Source of the DNA: Octopus sinensis
Lineage: Eukaryota
Length of the DNA: 7,957 bases
Direction of reading: 5' to 3'
Assembly (NCBI RefSeq): GCF_006345805.1
Contig: NW_021828687.1
Span: 1-7,957, forward strand
Below, piece by piece: positions 7,915-7,957 of this stretch (position 1 is the stretch's first letter; every line of letters starts with the position of its first letter). Position numbers and translations under genes: made by a program. A model generated the notes under the pieces. It did not search any database. It worked only from the letters and a program-made list of their open reading frames with translations, and was not told the DNA's origin.

Positions 7915-7937
7915 CTGCCTGCTTCCTTTGCTAACAG
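7915..7937 (+). other. Possible splice acceptor for an exon starting at 7938 and running off the window
   Basis: CTGCCTGCTTCCTTTGCTAACAG| on the same strand as the 5710-5786 candidate exon. An alternative AG lies at 7946-7947. Only 20 nt follow, so this cannot be tested here. Confidence 0.3.
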
Positions 7938-7957
7938 CCATTTACAGAAACTTGTTA

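Noticed and set aside
7896-7957. C/D-box snoRNA starting at TGATGA (7896-7901)
   Set aside because: The box C context is imperfect, and no D box (CTGA) or terminal stem lies downstream within the window.

Overview
AT-rich, repeat-dense eukaryotic DNA that looks intronic or intergenic. The tRNA-derived SINEs resemble the abundant octopus (cephalopod) SINEs, but this is from recall and not a search. There is no complete protein-coding gene, and nearly all listed ORFs are artefacts of microsatellites, SINEs or purine/pyrimidine-biased tracts. Contents: two SINE types plus a separate SINE head, a probable non-autonomous Helitron (362-820, minus), a hAT end with a nested mariner remnant whose transposase C-terminus is still readable (3120-3432), a decayed Tigger/pogo-like MITE, large microsatellites and one plausible 77-nt + strand exon (5710-5786). 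The most unusual structure is the patchwork at 1030-1475. It joins an inverted copy of 3749-3888, a direct copy of the hAT/mariner junction 3141-3291 and a SINE head whose B-box is amplified into a 25-bp tandem array. I see no solid evidence for a new enzymatic or defence system. The findings concern TE biology, local rearrangement and splicing.
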